A DNA stretch of 64,000 bases from Eutreptiella sp. 'Long Island Sound 2002' (Eukaryota > Protista > Euglenida), in assembly GCA_964036045.1 (NCBI GenBank), contig OZ038378.1, positions 155,248,001 through 155,312,000 of the forward strand, read 5' to 3'. How positions within the stretch are numbered: position 1 is the stretch's first letter; every line of letters starts with the position of its first letter. A model generated the notes under the pieces. That model did not search any database and was not told the origin of the DNA. It worked only from the letters and a program-made list of their open reading frames with translations. Shown in pieces: positions 24,460 through 38,300 of this stretch. A program made the translations under genes and the position numbers.

Positions 24460-27400
24460 CTAAAAGAGGGATAATACACATGAAATGACAGATGTAAGAT
24501 ATGACCCGGGATCATCCAAGAAAGAGGATTCACAACCTGCCATTGGTTGGCCACAAACCCCAAGCGATCCCAGGCAAGACCTCATACCTCCAGGACAGCT
24601 CTGCTTGGGTTTACCAGCTGCTTGTATCAAGGCTTTAGCGGGGAGACCTCGCTTACGCAACCCCATAAGCCTCTGTGGGCGCCGATCACCTGCAGTGCCT
24701 CAGACCAATGCATCCAGCAGAGACGTGGCTTCCTGTTTGGTTTATCCTGTGTGCTGGACCTCCGCAAACCAAACTTGCAGCGTAGTCTGGGCTCACTTCC
24801 ACACCAACAATTATGGCTTCGTTTAAAACTGGTCTGTCAGCACACCAGATGGCACACCTCCCTGCGCCGAGTGGCTACAGCACGTCCCTGCTGATGCAAG
24901 CACCAGACGCTGTACACAACTGAAAGCGGTGCCCTCCAGACCACTTTGTTTTGGACCACATCATTTCCCGGGGAGCTTCTCGACGCAGATAAAAATTGTG
25001 CGGCGTGCGACGTGACACATCCGCACAAGACAGACCATCCAACAGTGACAGTTTCCCCTCTGGCGCCTTCGGTAGTTGGCGGTGGAGAGGTGGGGATTGC
25101 TGGCGAGAGTTCGGAATCGGGGTTGCCTGATCTCCACAACCGATGGGGATAGTGACTGGACTCGCATGTGGAGATTGCACGGGGGGCTTCGGTTCCCAGA
25201 CCGGACACTTCCCCCTCCAGGCCTACTTGTGTCTTCTGCCAATTATTGTTTACCAAGGTACGCCTCCCTCCTGCGGGAGGATGACATGGGGTGTGGGATG
25301 ACCAAGCATGGGGCAGGGTGGGCTGGGCACTAAAACACTCCAAACGGTACTGGACCGCCCGTGTCTTGTGAGAAGGTAACTGACAGTGGCATCAGGGGAA
25401 ACTGGTGTGCACACCCAATACAATCCCAGGCCAGGGGTAATTCGCACGGGCATCAAGGATGGCGGCGCCACCCATATCCACCCAGTAATAACACTGCTTG
25501 CGGGGGGATGGGGGGCTTGGCAGCGGGTCCTTGATCTCAGTGGATTTGAGTGTGACGTTGCACCCCTAGACCCACCACACGCAATACGATTGCTTGATGA
25601 AGAAAAGGGAGAGAGGATTCCACTGAAGGACGACAAACAGCCGTACTGGAACCCGTTGACGTGCAATGATAAATGGGGCATCTGGATCCACGGAGGTACT
25701 GTGCAACAATTATTTGGTTTGGGCACCGGTCTCCAATCAGGATGAGCAAGACGCTGTACACAGCTTTCGAAAGCAAAATTCTGCACACCTTTTGCAAATA
25801 CTCACTGACTGACTTGAGCACTTTGTAAATGAGAGCACTTGTTTGACTGGTGCCCAAATCAAGTTCTGTTGTGGCCAAATCGTGTATCGATTTATGTTGC
25901 AGTCCTGCAGCAAAACGAATGTGGCTGAGACGCCCGACTACGTGTGGCAATCAATGATAATGCTTTACTTAGCTATGTATGGCAATACTCTGTGTGGCTA
26001 TGCCTGGCAATACTTTGTGTTCGGTAATTGTGGGATGATGCCGCACTCACATGGCTATGTACGGTAATACTTAGTGTAGCTGTCAATGGGGATGCTTTGT
26101 GTGGCTGCATCAGGCCGCGTCTGCTATGAAGATAGGGAGCGCGGGGGGGGGGGGGGGGTAGAAGGAGGCGGAGCAGAAAGGAGAAGAAGAGGGAAAAGAA
26201 GAAAGGAGAGCCCCAGCAAAGGGGACTGGACCCCTACGGAGAATTCCGCAGAGAGGGTGACGTGCGGTGGATCCCTTGGGGGTCAGAGAGCGAGGAGTGG
26301 AGTGTATGTGAGGGCAGGGGGTTGGAGGTGCAGGATGAGGCGTTGGGGGAGGGTATGTGGTACGTGGAGGTAGAGGAGTGGACAAGAGGAGGAAGAGGGC
26401 AAGGTGTTACGAGGTAGCCTCTGTCCTCCTCTTTGGAGCCAAAAGGGAATGCAGCAGGGCTCAAAAGGAATGGTGATGATGGTCGCGGTGGTGATGTTGA
26501 TAATGATAGCGGGGGAAAGAAGAAGGACGGTGAGGGTGAGGGTGAGGGTGAGGGTGGGGCTGCGGCTGAGGGTCAAGGTGAGGGTGGGTGGAAGCCTCCT
26601 CCGCCAACTCTGTAATTGGAGCCCAACAACAATGGGCAAGGGCGAGGGCAAGGACAAGGACGAGGAGTAGGTGCAGGCTGCCCTGTGGGCCCCTGAAAAC
26701 ATAAGATTTTGCGTAAATATGCATGTTTCGGACCTGTTTAAACTGCAGCCTTCCTAACTCCTAAAGATTGTGAATGTTGCCTGCAACATTTTGTGAAGGT
26801 CATTTGGGCACAGGCACGGACACACAATTGAGCTTAACCACGTTTCGTTGGTTTGTGCCTCGTTCCATGTTCTATTGTAATGGCGTTCTAATGAGAGTGT
26901 TCCAACTGCATTCACGCGGTATAACGGTGATCGCTTCGCCAGTAAAACGCCGTGAGGGCGCCAGGCAGAAATCTCTCAAATTTTAGTCCAGAGGCACAGT
27001 CAGTCTGGGGATGCCCGTGTCCAAAGCTGAGTGCTCAGAGTGGAAGTCAGAAGTCGAAGTCAGACTCGAAGGACATGGGCTTCAAGGGGGGGTCTGGGGA
27101 TTTGCTTGGGGGGGTTGGGTTGGGTTGGGACAGCGCCTCACAGCACCTCACACAGGGGTAGGGTCCCAGGTCACAACTACCACCCTTGCCGGACAGGGGG
27201 ATGCGCAACAACCGGCCACACGTCAATTAGGGCCCAAGCCTTGTCCTGTCATCCTTCAGGTCCGCATCCAAACGAAGTGTTTCGTGCGAGGACCACCCCT
27301 CTGACTCACGTTCAATGACATCCCCTTGCAGCCAACCAAACGCCATGGTACAGTGCAAAATGCACGGAATCACCCCACCTCCGCGGAATGACCAGAAGCG

Positions 27401-30400
27401 GGTCACACTACAACTAGCACACATTGCCACGCCTTCCCCCTTGCTGGGAACTTGGCGTGATGGGCTATTATACACCACAACACCAACCCAATGCACTTCC
27501 TCTGCTCCTTGTCCTGGTCCCCTCGTTGAAAAGGGATGCCACCTTCGGAGCTGGATACACACCCTGTGAACCCTGTGAGCAAAGGGCTTGTTGGCCCCCA
27601 GGTCAATGGTCACCGGCATGTCCTTTGCACTGCTTACAGTGCCAGGAAATGGAATGTTCTGGCAACTACTCTCACGGTGGTTAACAAAAACGTCTTCCAG
27701 GCGTTCTACTGAACCCTGAATATTTTCGTTTGCGTTGGTTAGAATACCGCAAGAACGCCCGTGTGTGAGAACACCATTAGAACACATGCAGGAATTCGTT
27801 ATTCCAGGCGCCACACACCGAAAAAAGGCCCTTCCACATTAGAACTAGAGTCCTTATCATTGCCAATTTCACCCCCCAGACACCACAGGGGGACTGGCAC
27901 AACCATCCCATGTGCACCAAGGACATGCTAATCTGGGTCCAACTTGGATGATGACAGGAAAGAGGTGAGGAAATTACTCATCGATATATTCGAATGGTGT
28001 TCGAATGGAGAGCGTCGTGATAGACCCGTTTGTTAGAATGTTAGAATAAGAGCGCCTTTCTGTCAGAACACCATCAGGCTTCTAGCAGGTCTCTAGGGTG
28101 GGAATGTGCGTGGGTGCACTCTGACACCATCTCACCACATCTCATTCTGAGGGGGTTGCCGCAGTAGTGAAAATGACATAGAGAAAAAGACCCGTGCAAT
28201 ATGCCACTCACCGAGAAAATACTGTGCACTCCGAACACCCACCAAATCAATTGGACCCAAACTCTGACCTGGAAAAGAAAACCCACGTCAACGGCCCATT
28301 TTGAATCACAGCACCTCCAAACCTCGTCCTTGCCCACTCCGTTTGCTACGCCTGCACTGCTTTGGGCTGACAGTTTTGGGCCTCTGGCTCTGTGGACTCT
28401 GCCGGGGTAGGCGTGCCTACCAGACCAGCGGTGTGTGCCCCTTTCAGGGGAGGGGGGGAGGGGGGTCAACATGTGTGACACAAAGCAAGTCATGCCCACA
28501 GCAAAGGGGCACACGGCAAAAGGGGATATCATCCACAAAACAAAGACGAAACTGTATGTTGTGGTGTGTGCTCGGGTCTCGTCAACCACCCAGACCTCCC
28601 ACTATACCACTGACCACGACCCCTTTCCATTACCCCATTCACCCAAACCCCTTCTGTACACCAGCCACCCCAACCCCCTCCTGCCCTTCACTGCAGCTTC
28701 CTGCTGCTGCTTTTGTTTTACAAACCCCCCTACATCGGCCAGTGCGGTGCGCTCCTTGCCGCTGCCCCGGTGCGCAGCTGCCTGGACCCTCCAGAGGCCC
28801 TCTCCCGTTGTCATCCGTGCCCAGGGGCAGGGGCAGGGAGCTGTGGGCAGGAGAAAAGGCTGGGAGCTGCTCACGAGGGCAATTGTGGGGATCTGCATCG
28901 ACTGTGGGATGAGCCCCCCTGAAGTGCTCTCTGTGGCAGGAGGTTGAGGCCCTGCGAGGAGGCATGGGGCATGGCCGGCCGTTGCCATTGTGATCGCGGC
29001 CGATGGATGATGCGCGACCATCAGCCCCAGAGATGTATTAGAAACGGGGGGGGGGGGGGGGTCTGAAGGGGGGGCAGGGGGTTGGTTGGGACCCCCTCCT
29101 CCCAGGGTCCCCCTATGGTCCCCGCCGAAGGCGGGCCACACTTTTTAAAGCGTAAATCCTCTTGACACCGAAGGTGCCGAAGCAAAAGTTTGGCTGTCAG
29201 CCTCAAACATTGGAAGGGGAAGAGGAAGGGGGGTCCACGCCCCCCCCCCCCCCCCTCCTCCTACGGTGTACGGCCGTTCTAATACATCCCTGGCCCCAGC
29301 CCCATCAAGGTTCCTGTCCAGCAAACACCCACACTCCCGTACACCGGCACCTTCTTTGTATCCCGAGCCCCCCGACTCGGTAATTAGGCCCCCAGGCAGA
29401 ACATGATACAAATCGGAGCAAACTATGGAGTCGCACAACGTGCTGTAGCACCTGCCACCGGGAGCATACCTAGGCCCATCAGCACAGCACTCTCTGAAAT
29501 ATTGAGTGCTACCCCACGATTGCCGTCGGGGGTCAACACCATGCGCTTTGTGAAGTACAACTGAGCAATGGCTGGGATGAGGTCATAGACCACCTGAGGA
29601 GCGTAAATCAGAGATGCAGAGCGGGGGGGGGGGAGGATTGCGGTCAGGGAGGGTCCAACCCAATGGCGAAATATTGCGGAAAACTTGCGGGAAACTGCGG
29701 GAAAATTGCGGCATTGTAACCAAACCAAACTGAACCTCCCGAAGCCTCAAGGAGCAACAATGCTGCACAGGAGCCTGAGAATGTTGAAACAGATCGAATC
29801 GTCCACGGGTATCAGAATTACGACGACAAGCGGCCACCAATATCACCATGAAATTGAAGCCTAAGTCCCTCTTTTTTTGGGGGGGGGCAGGAAAACATTG
29901 AAGCAGATTGTTCTGCAACAGTTGTTCGCAGATGCAAAGGGCACCAACACGCACGCAGGGTGGACAGGCTGAAGGCACTTGCGGAAAAATTGCGGAAAAT
30001 TGCGAAAAATTGCGAACAATCGCGGACCTCCATTCCCCCCCCCCCTGTGCAGAGAGATGCTTTGGGGGACCAGCATGATTGATGAGGTGGCGTGGGTCGT
30101 GATTGAGGAAGCGCGTTCCGCAGGCGTTGTGCATCTCTGGGGGTCGTCGTTGTGCATTCGGACGTACCTGGATCTCCACCGAATGTGCAGCATACGCAGC
30201 GAGCCTCTTGACGTCGTAGACTGTCATGCCCATGAGGTCAAGGTCCTTGGCCGTGAGCTGGGGTGTCCCGTCCACCAAACGCCGGCCTGTGGAGGGGTTA
30301 GGGCAGGACAAGACAGGGCACAGCAGGCCACGCAGTAAAGGGCAGGGCGGGGCAGGACATGGCAGGGCAGGAGAGCTTTGGTGCCTAGGCTCCCTGGGGG

Positions 30401-33400
30401 CCGCAGGGGGCTCCTGTCGGGTGGGAGCAGCGGCAAGGAGGAGGCGGGAGGGCCTTGCTCCTGGGGTCCTCTGGAAAACGTATCTGACAGCGCAGACACT
30501 CACATATCGTTTTGCGTCTCCAACCAAAAGGGGGGGGGGGGGTAAGGGGGCTCGAACGACCCCCCCCCCCCCTCCCCGCAAACCTTTTTCCCACCTCCCC
30601 AGAGACCACCAAGAATTAACAGCGACCATCCAGAGGCCACCAGGAATCAACAGCAACCATCCACAACCCGCCAGCAATATAGGCCACAATTTTTTCCCGG
30701 TGCCGAAACCTTTCAAGGAGCAGTTGTCAAGGAGGAGGGTCAACCCCCCCCCCCTCAGACCCCCTCCCGGGTCCAACCCCCCCCGCCCCCCCTCCTCCGC
30801 TCCAATCCCCCCCCCCCCTCAGACCCCCCCCCGGGTCCACCCCCCCCGCCCCCCCTCCTCCGCTCCAATCCCCCCCCCCCCCCCCTGCACAGGACAGCTC
30901 AACATTTCAATTCTTACACATGACTGCTATCGTCTCCGGTCAGTCCATGTACAGCTCTACCCATGCGGTGCTACCCACTCATGTACCTTCCCCAGGGTGC
31001 ACCCTCAAACGGGTGTGCCCCTGCAAACGTTTCCTGATGCCGGTGTCCCAACGTGCGGAATGTGCGGAATGTGCCAGAGACCACAGCGTCAACTCCACGC
31101 TTCCATTCGGTGATGGGGCGTGGCAGAAGGGGGACACATCTCCGGTATCCAACAAATTGTGACAGGCACCCCGAACTGGCCTTGCCAGACCGGCCCAGAG
31201 CATCATCTGAGAGGATCCAAACGTACCTTCACAATGCCACACGGACGGAGCAAGACGGGCGGGAAGAATGCCTCCTACGCACATGCCCATTTGCTACATG
31301 CGGCTGGTGCGCAGGAAACTAGGCAGAGAAAAAAAACAGTAAAAATGTCCGCATAATTCACAATGCAGCCCAATACCCTCACCCTGTAGCACCCACGGCG
31401 CACCTGCAGCGCGCAAAGGGCGTTCGCTGGCATAAAAACCTTTGTTCCCCTGCCTCCGACCCCAATACCCTGGTAGACTAGGCACATTCCCGTGGACGTT
31501 GGCCTGCATCCCTGGATAGCTAATACTAGTTGATACCACCCCAAGACTGATCGAGGATGGGCCGGGCGGCAATGCCGGTCTGCGACAGCAACCAGCATGC
31601 GGCTCGGCACGGGGACGGGGGCATGAGGTCGTGTCGCGTTTGTGGTGCCAACTGGGTATGCGTGAGCGATTTTGCTGGGGCTGTGTGACGGTGAGTGATA
31701 CCAGGGCCAGGCGTAGGTCTGCCTACCCATCTGGTCCATTGGGCAGGCTGGCGGTGGTACTGCCCTTGGGGTGCGACCTTTGATTGCCTGGAAAAGAAGC
31801 CGCCTGCGGGACGTGGGCGGACAGCGCCCCACCAAACCTGCCGCCATGGCAGATGTGATCTGATTGACCGCACCGTGTTCTGCTCATCAAAAGGTATGAC
31901 TGCGTGACACATGGCATGGGGCTGCTACTATGGGGCTGCTGCCTAACCGTTGGGGGCATGACTAGTTCCACCCACGAATACCGGGGGTTGGGGGGTTGGC
32001 ACAAGGCCTTGGCATTCGGTTGTTTGCCTTTGGCGGCAGCCACTGCTCATTCTGACCCTCTGTGGGTCTGAATGCGTTTTGGGTGTGTCAACGGAGCCCC
32101 CGGATGACTTGTCCTGTTTGACTACTCCGGGGGTCGGCTGTCCCAGAGATGGGCTGTTGCCCGTGCCGGTGACCAGGTGCATCCAGATGCACACTCCAAG
32201 TCCATGCTGGGTTTGCCGACTCCAGCACTGACTTGTGCGCACGGGTGTGTGCATCTGCGGGATAATTTTCCTGCCAGGGGCTTCTACAACCACAATGATT
32301 CTTTCCCTTTTGTCCTTTCCTTGTCCTCCTTCCGGTCTCTACGGGGTATAAAAGGGGCACGGGCAGGGCCTAGGGGGGCAGTTTCCCTAGTGCCCTCAAC
32401 CGTGATGTCATCGAAAGCCATGTTTGGCAATCGTTACACCCTTTTTTGGAGGATCCAAAGAGGGGAGGGGGGAAAAGAAAAAACTGACAAGTTCCTGACT
32501 GTTCTTGGTTCTGTCCCGCATGTACGTCCGACAGGTTTGACATTGATTCTCGTGTGCTGGATGCAGATTATGCCCCTTCAACCCTTGCTGCATCCTCTGC
32601 CACCTCAGCATCTAGCTCCAGCTCCAGCTCCGACTCCGACTCCGACTCGAGCTCAGACTCTAACGATGAAGCTACTTCTGATTCTGCTTGTCTGGTTGTT
32701 TGGAGGTCCCCGTCATGGGAGCCCTCTTGCTGGAGGGGAGGGGGATGGCTTGTTTTTAGTGGCTTGTCACAGGAGCCACCCCGGGGGGGGGGGGTCCGGA
32801 AAATGGGCTCGAACGACCCCCCCCCCCCCGCAAACCTTTTTCCCCCCACCCTGGATGGATGGTTGCTGTTAATTCGTAGTGCTCTCTGGATGGTTGCTGT
32901 TAATTCTCGGTGGTCAAAGAATGTACAGTGCACAGCCAACTCAAAGCAATAAATCCATATTGGGCAGTGGTGGGAGATGCTACCACCCTCGAGTTGCACC
33001 TGAAACTGTCAACCTAAAAAATTTTCCAGGACCCCAACTCAGGCTTCCACCTGCATTGGAAGAGGGGGTGGGGTGGGGGTCTGAGGGGGGGGGGAGGGGG
33101 GTTTGGACCCGGGGGGGGGGGGTCCTCTTTACATTTTTTTTGTTCTAATGCGTGTCTGGGGGGGGTGTATACAAGCTAGAATTTCTGCAATTCAAATTCT
33201 GTACTAAAATTTTGCACGCAATTTGTTTGGTGTTTTTAAGGATTTGTGCAAGTGTACATCTCACCATTTGTGGCAGCTCAAGGGAACGAATGTCTACAAC
33301 TTCACTGGGCAGCCCAATGGAAGCCACATGTGTAGTGCCGGGGATCAACAAATTAATCAAACTGCCAGAGCACATATCCGTTGTGAAGCAAAGCAGAGAA

Positions 33401-35302
33401 ACTCGTTGCATTCGCTGAATATTGCGAATGGAAAACTAACTCCACTGGGAAATAACAGCAAGCGCCCACTGTTTCTCTTGGGCAATTACTGGTAGCCATA
33501 CATAATTTGCTCATTTTTAAGAGTGGCACAGGTTTTGTCGCGCCACAATTTGCAGATTCATATTTTCCCCCGCACAGAATACCCCCCCCCCCTCCGGTAT
33601 TAGACAACAGCAGGGCAGACCGCACTTGCCGGACAATTTCAATAAAAAATTTTACTTTGACATCAGTTCTGTCACGGGAGCCCCCTTTCCAACCAAAGGG
33701 GGGGGGTAAGGGGGCTCGAACGACCCCCCCCTCCCCGCAAACCTTTTTCCCACCTCCCCAGAGACCACCAAGAATTAACAGCGACCATCCAGAGGCCACC
33801 AGGAATCAACAGCAACCATCCACAACCCGCCAGCAATATAGGCCACAATTTTTTCCCGGTGCCGAAACCTTTCAAGGAGCAGTTGTCAAGGAGGAGGGTC
33901 AAGCCCCCCCCCCCCCCTCAGACCCCCTCCCGGGTCCAACCCCCCCCCCTCCTCCTCCGCTCCAATCCCCCCCCCCACCCGGTAGGCCAGCCAATTCAGG
34001 TACAGGAACAGATGTGGTACGGACGCAGGTGTCCAACACTAGATGCCCGGCACAGGGGCGCCGGGCCACATGCCGCGTCAGCACCACTTCTCCTGCAGAA
34101 GACGGAGTGCCCCCCTGTCCGGCCAAAATACGGAAGGCACCCCTTTGCCATCATCGCCATCGAAAAACTAGCCCAAAGCCGCCAAAGCCAAAGCACCCAC
34201 CACTTGCCAGCGGGTGAAAAGCAGTGGTGCCCTCCCAATAAAAACACAGTGGTGGCGTGCACCTTCTGCATCGGTGTTCGCGGCGTACACGTCTTTTTGG
34301 TTTGACATGAGAGGATTCGGATTTTGGGTTGTGTCTAACGCAATGCTCAGGGCCAAATCAATCTTCATTGACCTCAGTGAATTGTTCAGCAGGCTGTAGA
34401 ACCTGCAAACAACATCGAGTCGGGTGTGGCAAAGGGCACCTCTAGACCTGACAACATTTCACCCATTCATCACATAGAGCACGCCCGTGGGCCCTGACAC
34501 AACCGAGCAGCCGGATCTGCCCGGATCCATCCCCGCTCTGCCGGGTCTGCCCCGATGGACATTCCATACCGCCCATGCTGCCGGGGTGGTTCACCAGGTA
34601 ATGGGGTCTGGACACATGTGAAGGACTGTGGTATGTTCTGAACTACTCTGCAATGGTTGCCAAAAAATAACACTTCTGGACAGCCATCCCAACACAAACC
34701 CCAACCCAATACATGGAAACATATGTTCTGCCGCAAATGCAATCACAACTCCTCCAGTGCACCCACCGAAACGAACAACCTTCATTCCACATTGCTGCAT
34801 TTCTTCAGGTTGCATGCACGTCAAACTATCAAATATCTCAGAACTACCCTGCTGCAGAGCTTTTCCAGCTTGCGCGTGCTGTGTGCTTGCTAGGAGCTGC
34901 ATCTGCATATTGGGCAGTGGATGTGTCTGCACCCTGTTGTACTAGCACATGTTGTGCATGGCCTGTGGATGATACTGCAGCCCGTTGTGGAGGCTTAAGC
35001 TTTTGCACAAATTTACCCATAGTCAAACAAACATGTTAGGGGTTCAACACAAGCAATACCTGTTTAGCCATGCCCCGTTGGTGTGGCCATTTGCATTTCA
35101 CTCAATGCTCAGCAATAGCAGCAGCACCAGTGGCACCATCAGCAGCAACAGCAGTAGGCAGCAGCACCAGCGGCAGCAACAATAGCAGTAGCAGCAACAG
35201 CAACAGCACCAGAGCACCAGAGGCAGTAACAGCAGCAACAACAGCAACAAAGGCAAAAGTGGCACCACCACCACCACCACCACCACCACCATCGACAACA
35301 GA

Positions 35303-35357
<55 letters not shown>

Positions 35358-38300
35358 CAAGCACAAGCAGCAACAACACCGGCAACAGCAGCAACACCGG
35401 CAACAGCGATGGCAGCACCAGTAGCCATGGCGAAGCAACCGCAAAGGCACGGAGGGCTGTTTAGTACAGTTCTGGACCCCAACCCCCAAACTCCCAGTTT
35501 CATTCGAAGCATTTTGAATTTGCACAAATCCTCTTCTACAATTCATCTTCATCAGAAATTAAAACATAGTGGGGTATTCCGGCAAACACACAACTGAACG
35601 AGCAAAGGCACCCGGCAAGCAACAGTGCAAGATCCAAGGCATCATCAACAACTGCAATTTGATGCATGGTTTGCATCCCATTGTTTGCATGCGGTCCTTC
35701 CTCCCCTCCTCCGTCCATCCATCTACACACATGGATAGAAAAGACATATGCATGTATGTTTTATGAACAACTTAATGAGGTGGGGTGATATGGGGGCCCA
35801 CAGCATAATCACAACTACACTTGGGATAACCATCATTGTAGTGGGTTAGGGTGCGCCTTGCCATTGCTTGCTTCCTTGCTTGAACACCCTGAGCCCACGC
35901 CTTAGAAATCAATCTGGCTACACATCCCCCTACCTTCTCGGGGTCCCCATAGTGGGGAGAGATCAATATATGGCTACATAACCCCTGCCTTCTCGGGGCC
36001 ATAGTGGGTGGCCACATGAACCCAGGCCAAGGTATTGGGAGAAGTCACCACTCAAATTAGAGCATTTTGGGGGGGAAGCACATTAGGCAGAACCAATTTT
36101 CCGAATTGTTCACTAGGGCCAAAACAATTTTCTGGGCGCCATTGGTGCCAAAATTGGTGGTTCCCCATTGCCACACATTGGTGCGGGTTGGGGGGTCTAA
36201 CACCGGTAGCAGTCTGCTGATTATTTATTGGTGCTTGTATGGGGTCCATTGGGGTTGAATGGGACAAGGAAGGGAGCTGGGTGTCTAGGTTTGGGCCAAT
36301 ACCCTTGGGGAGCGTGGGATCGGTGATAATAGGCTCATCACCAATCATGCGAATTCTACCTCCACACTTTCACTCAATTATCTCTTCTCTCACCCTCTGA
36401 ACTTGCTCAGGGTATTTACACAGAGAGTTCAAATCATGATCAAAGATATGTCCTTGGGTCATCAACAAGCACCACGTGCAGCGGCAAGAAGGGTGTAGAG
36501 GAGGATACAAGCCTACGGTAAAGAGTATATTTTCCTCCATCAGACGGGGCGGGCGACCCCTCGATTTGGACAGGGGGGTCCGGCTAGGCGGCCAAGAGGG
36601 AGGGGGGGGTCAGGGAGGGGCGTTTCTATTGTTGTGAGGAGGGGGGATTTATATGTATAATACTCTACACCTCCCCATAGGGCAGGTGCCTCAGCTACCA
36701 GAGCCATGCACTGGCTCAACACAGGCCCGTGATCGTTGGGCCAACTCACGGAGTGCCGGGTTCCCTGACCTCCCCTTACCTCTCCTCCCCACATAACCCC
36801 TGCCTTCTCATGGTCCCCGATGTGGGGAGCAATGAAAGTGGGTGCCTCTGGTGCCCATGGACCATCAGGCCCCTTCGGCATCCATGGACTCACAAGGCCA
36901 GTACCATTGGCAACTAACTGTTGGCCGGAGGCCCCTAGGGCAGGGGGGGGGGGAGGGGGCTCTACATCCTGTGACCCGTGGAGCCGCACCAGCCACCCCG
37001 GGCTCCATCAAAAACTCTCGGACAGCACAAAATTTGCAAGATCTGATCTATTCACACACACCCAAAACATCAATCATCATCTGAGGACTCAGACAGAGTC
37101 AAACACAACCCCAAGCTTCCAACTTCTCTCAGGAAATGTTGCCTCTCATGGCCTGCCTGCCGTGTGCATGTTGCGGTGTGCAAGTGGTTGGTGCAGGAAT
37201 TACAAACGGACCCCCAGGGGTGGTCTCAGTGGCCGGATTGCTTTGCTTTATCAGGCCAAGCCCAATGACCAAAACGGTAAGAGTATATTTTCCTCCATGA
37301 CAAACTCTCAAATAGCAGAAAATTTTCAAGATTTAGTTTATTCAGGCACTCACAGATCATCAATCATCATCCGAAGCACTTGGACAGGATCGAGGCGGAG
37401 GAATCTCACTGTGTGGGTGCTCACCTCCAAATTTCAGACTTCACTGAGCAGACCAGACGTGGTCTGCTATGGCCTGCTTGTCTGTTGCATGACACAAGTC
37501 GTAGTTGGGGGCATGACATACAGATCCTTAGGGCTGGTCTCAGCGACTGAATTGAATTTGCTTTATCGGGTCAACTGGGGTAAAGGTACGTACAAATCTG
37601 GGGATGATGTGGGATTTCCTGGGAGGGGACTGATCTGACCCCCGATAAAGCGGATTTCCCAAGTCAAATCAAACCAAATCATGTACGTATGTATGTGGCA
37701 ACTATGAATGAGGAAACATGGAGGGAGCGTCCAAAGAGCACAGAGGCAGCAGCAGGGATGCATCAGAAGGGGAGGGGCCTCAGAGGCGGCCCCAGAAGCC
37801 GTTAGACAGGCGGTTGGAGGGAGTTGCCAATGGTTACAAATGCCGTTGAAGCCGGCACTTGCCGTCAGGGGGACAGGGGCTGGGCATAGGCTGGGCGCCC
37901 TCGAGGGGGGGGGGGGGGGGGGGGCTCCCCCCCTACCAATGCATCCCTGGGCAGCAGCGAGCGTACTCAGGTAGCACTGCTCTTGCACTAGAACGAACTT
38001 GCTTTTGTTCGAAATGATCACGGGTAGACTCAGGCTGCGTCTCCGCCCCGGGGGGGGGGGGCGGCCGGGCCCGGTCCTTGTATGCGACACCCCCCAGCCC
38101 CCCCCCCCCCCCCCGAGTTTTGAAAGATAGCGGTGCGGGGGCCATGGCGCCAACGGCGTCAAAATTTTTGTCCCATGCTTCGTTGAAGGGGGTATTATGC
38201 CTTTAGTCCTTAAGACCCTTAAGATTTTCTTCCTGGCTAAGACAAGATATCGCTATTATCGCATACATACCTCTATACCCCCATGCCCCCAGACCGTGAG

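Noticed and set aside
25386-25745. 119-aa plus-strand ORF with protein-like composition
   Set aside because: No recognisable motif, antisense within a NAT10 intron, and no supporting splice or repeat context
29583-30776. 397-aa ORF, and similar long ORFs at 5031-6038, 38422-39354, 47087-48124 and 46497-47381
   Set aside because: Chance read-through of GC-rich repeats; some merely contain one real exon, and the rest is repeat-family sequence found elsewhere
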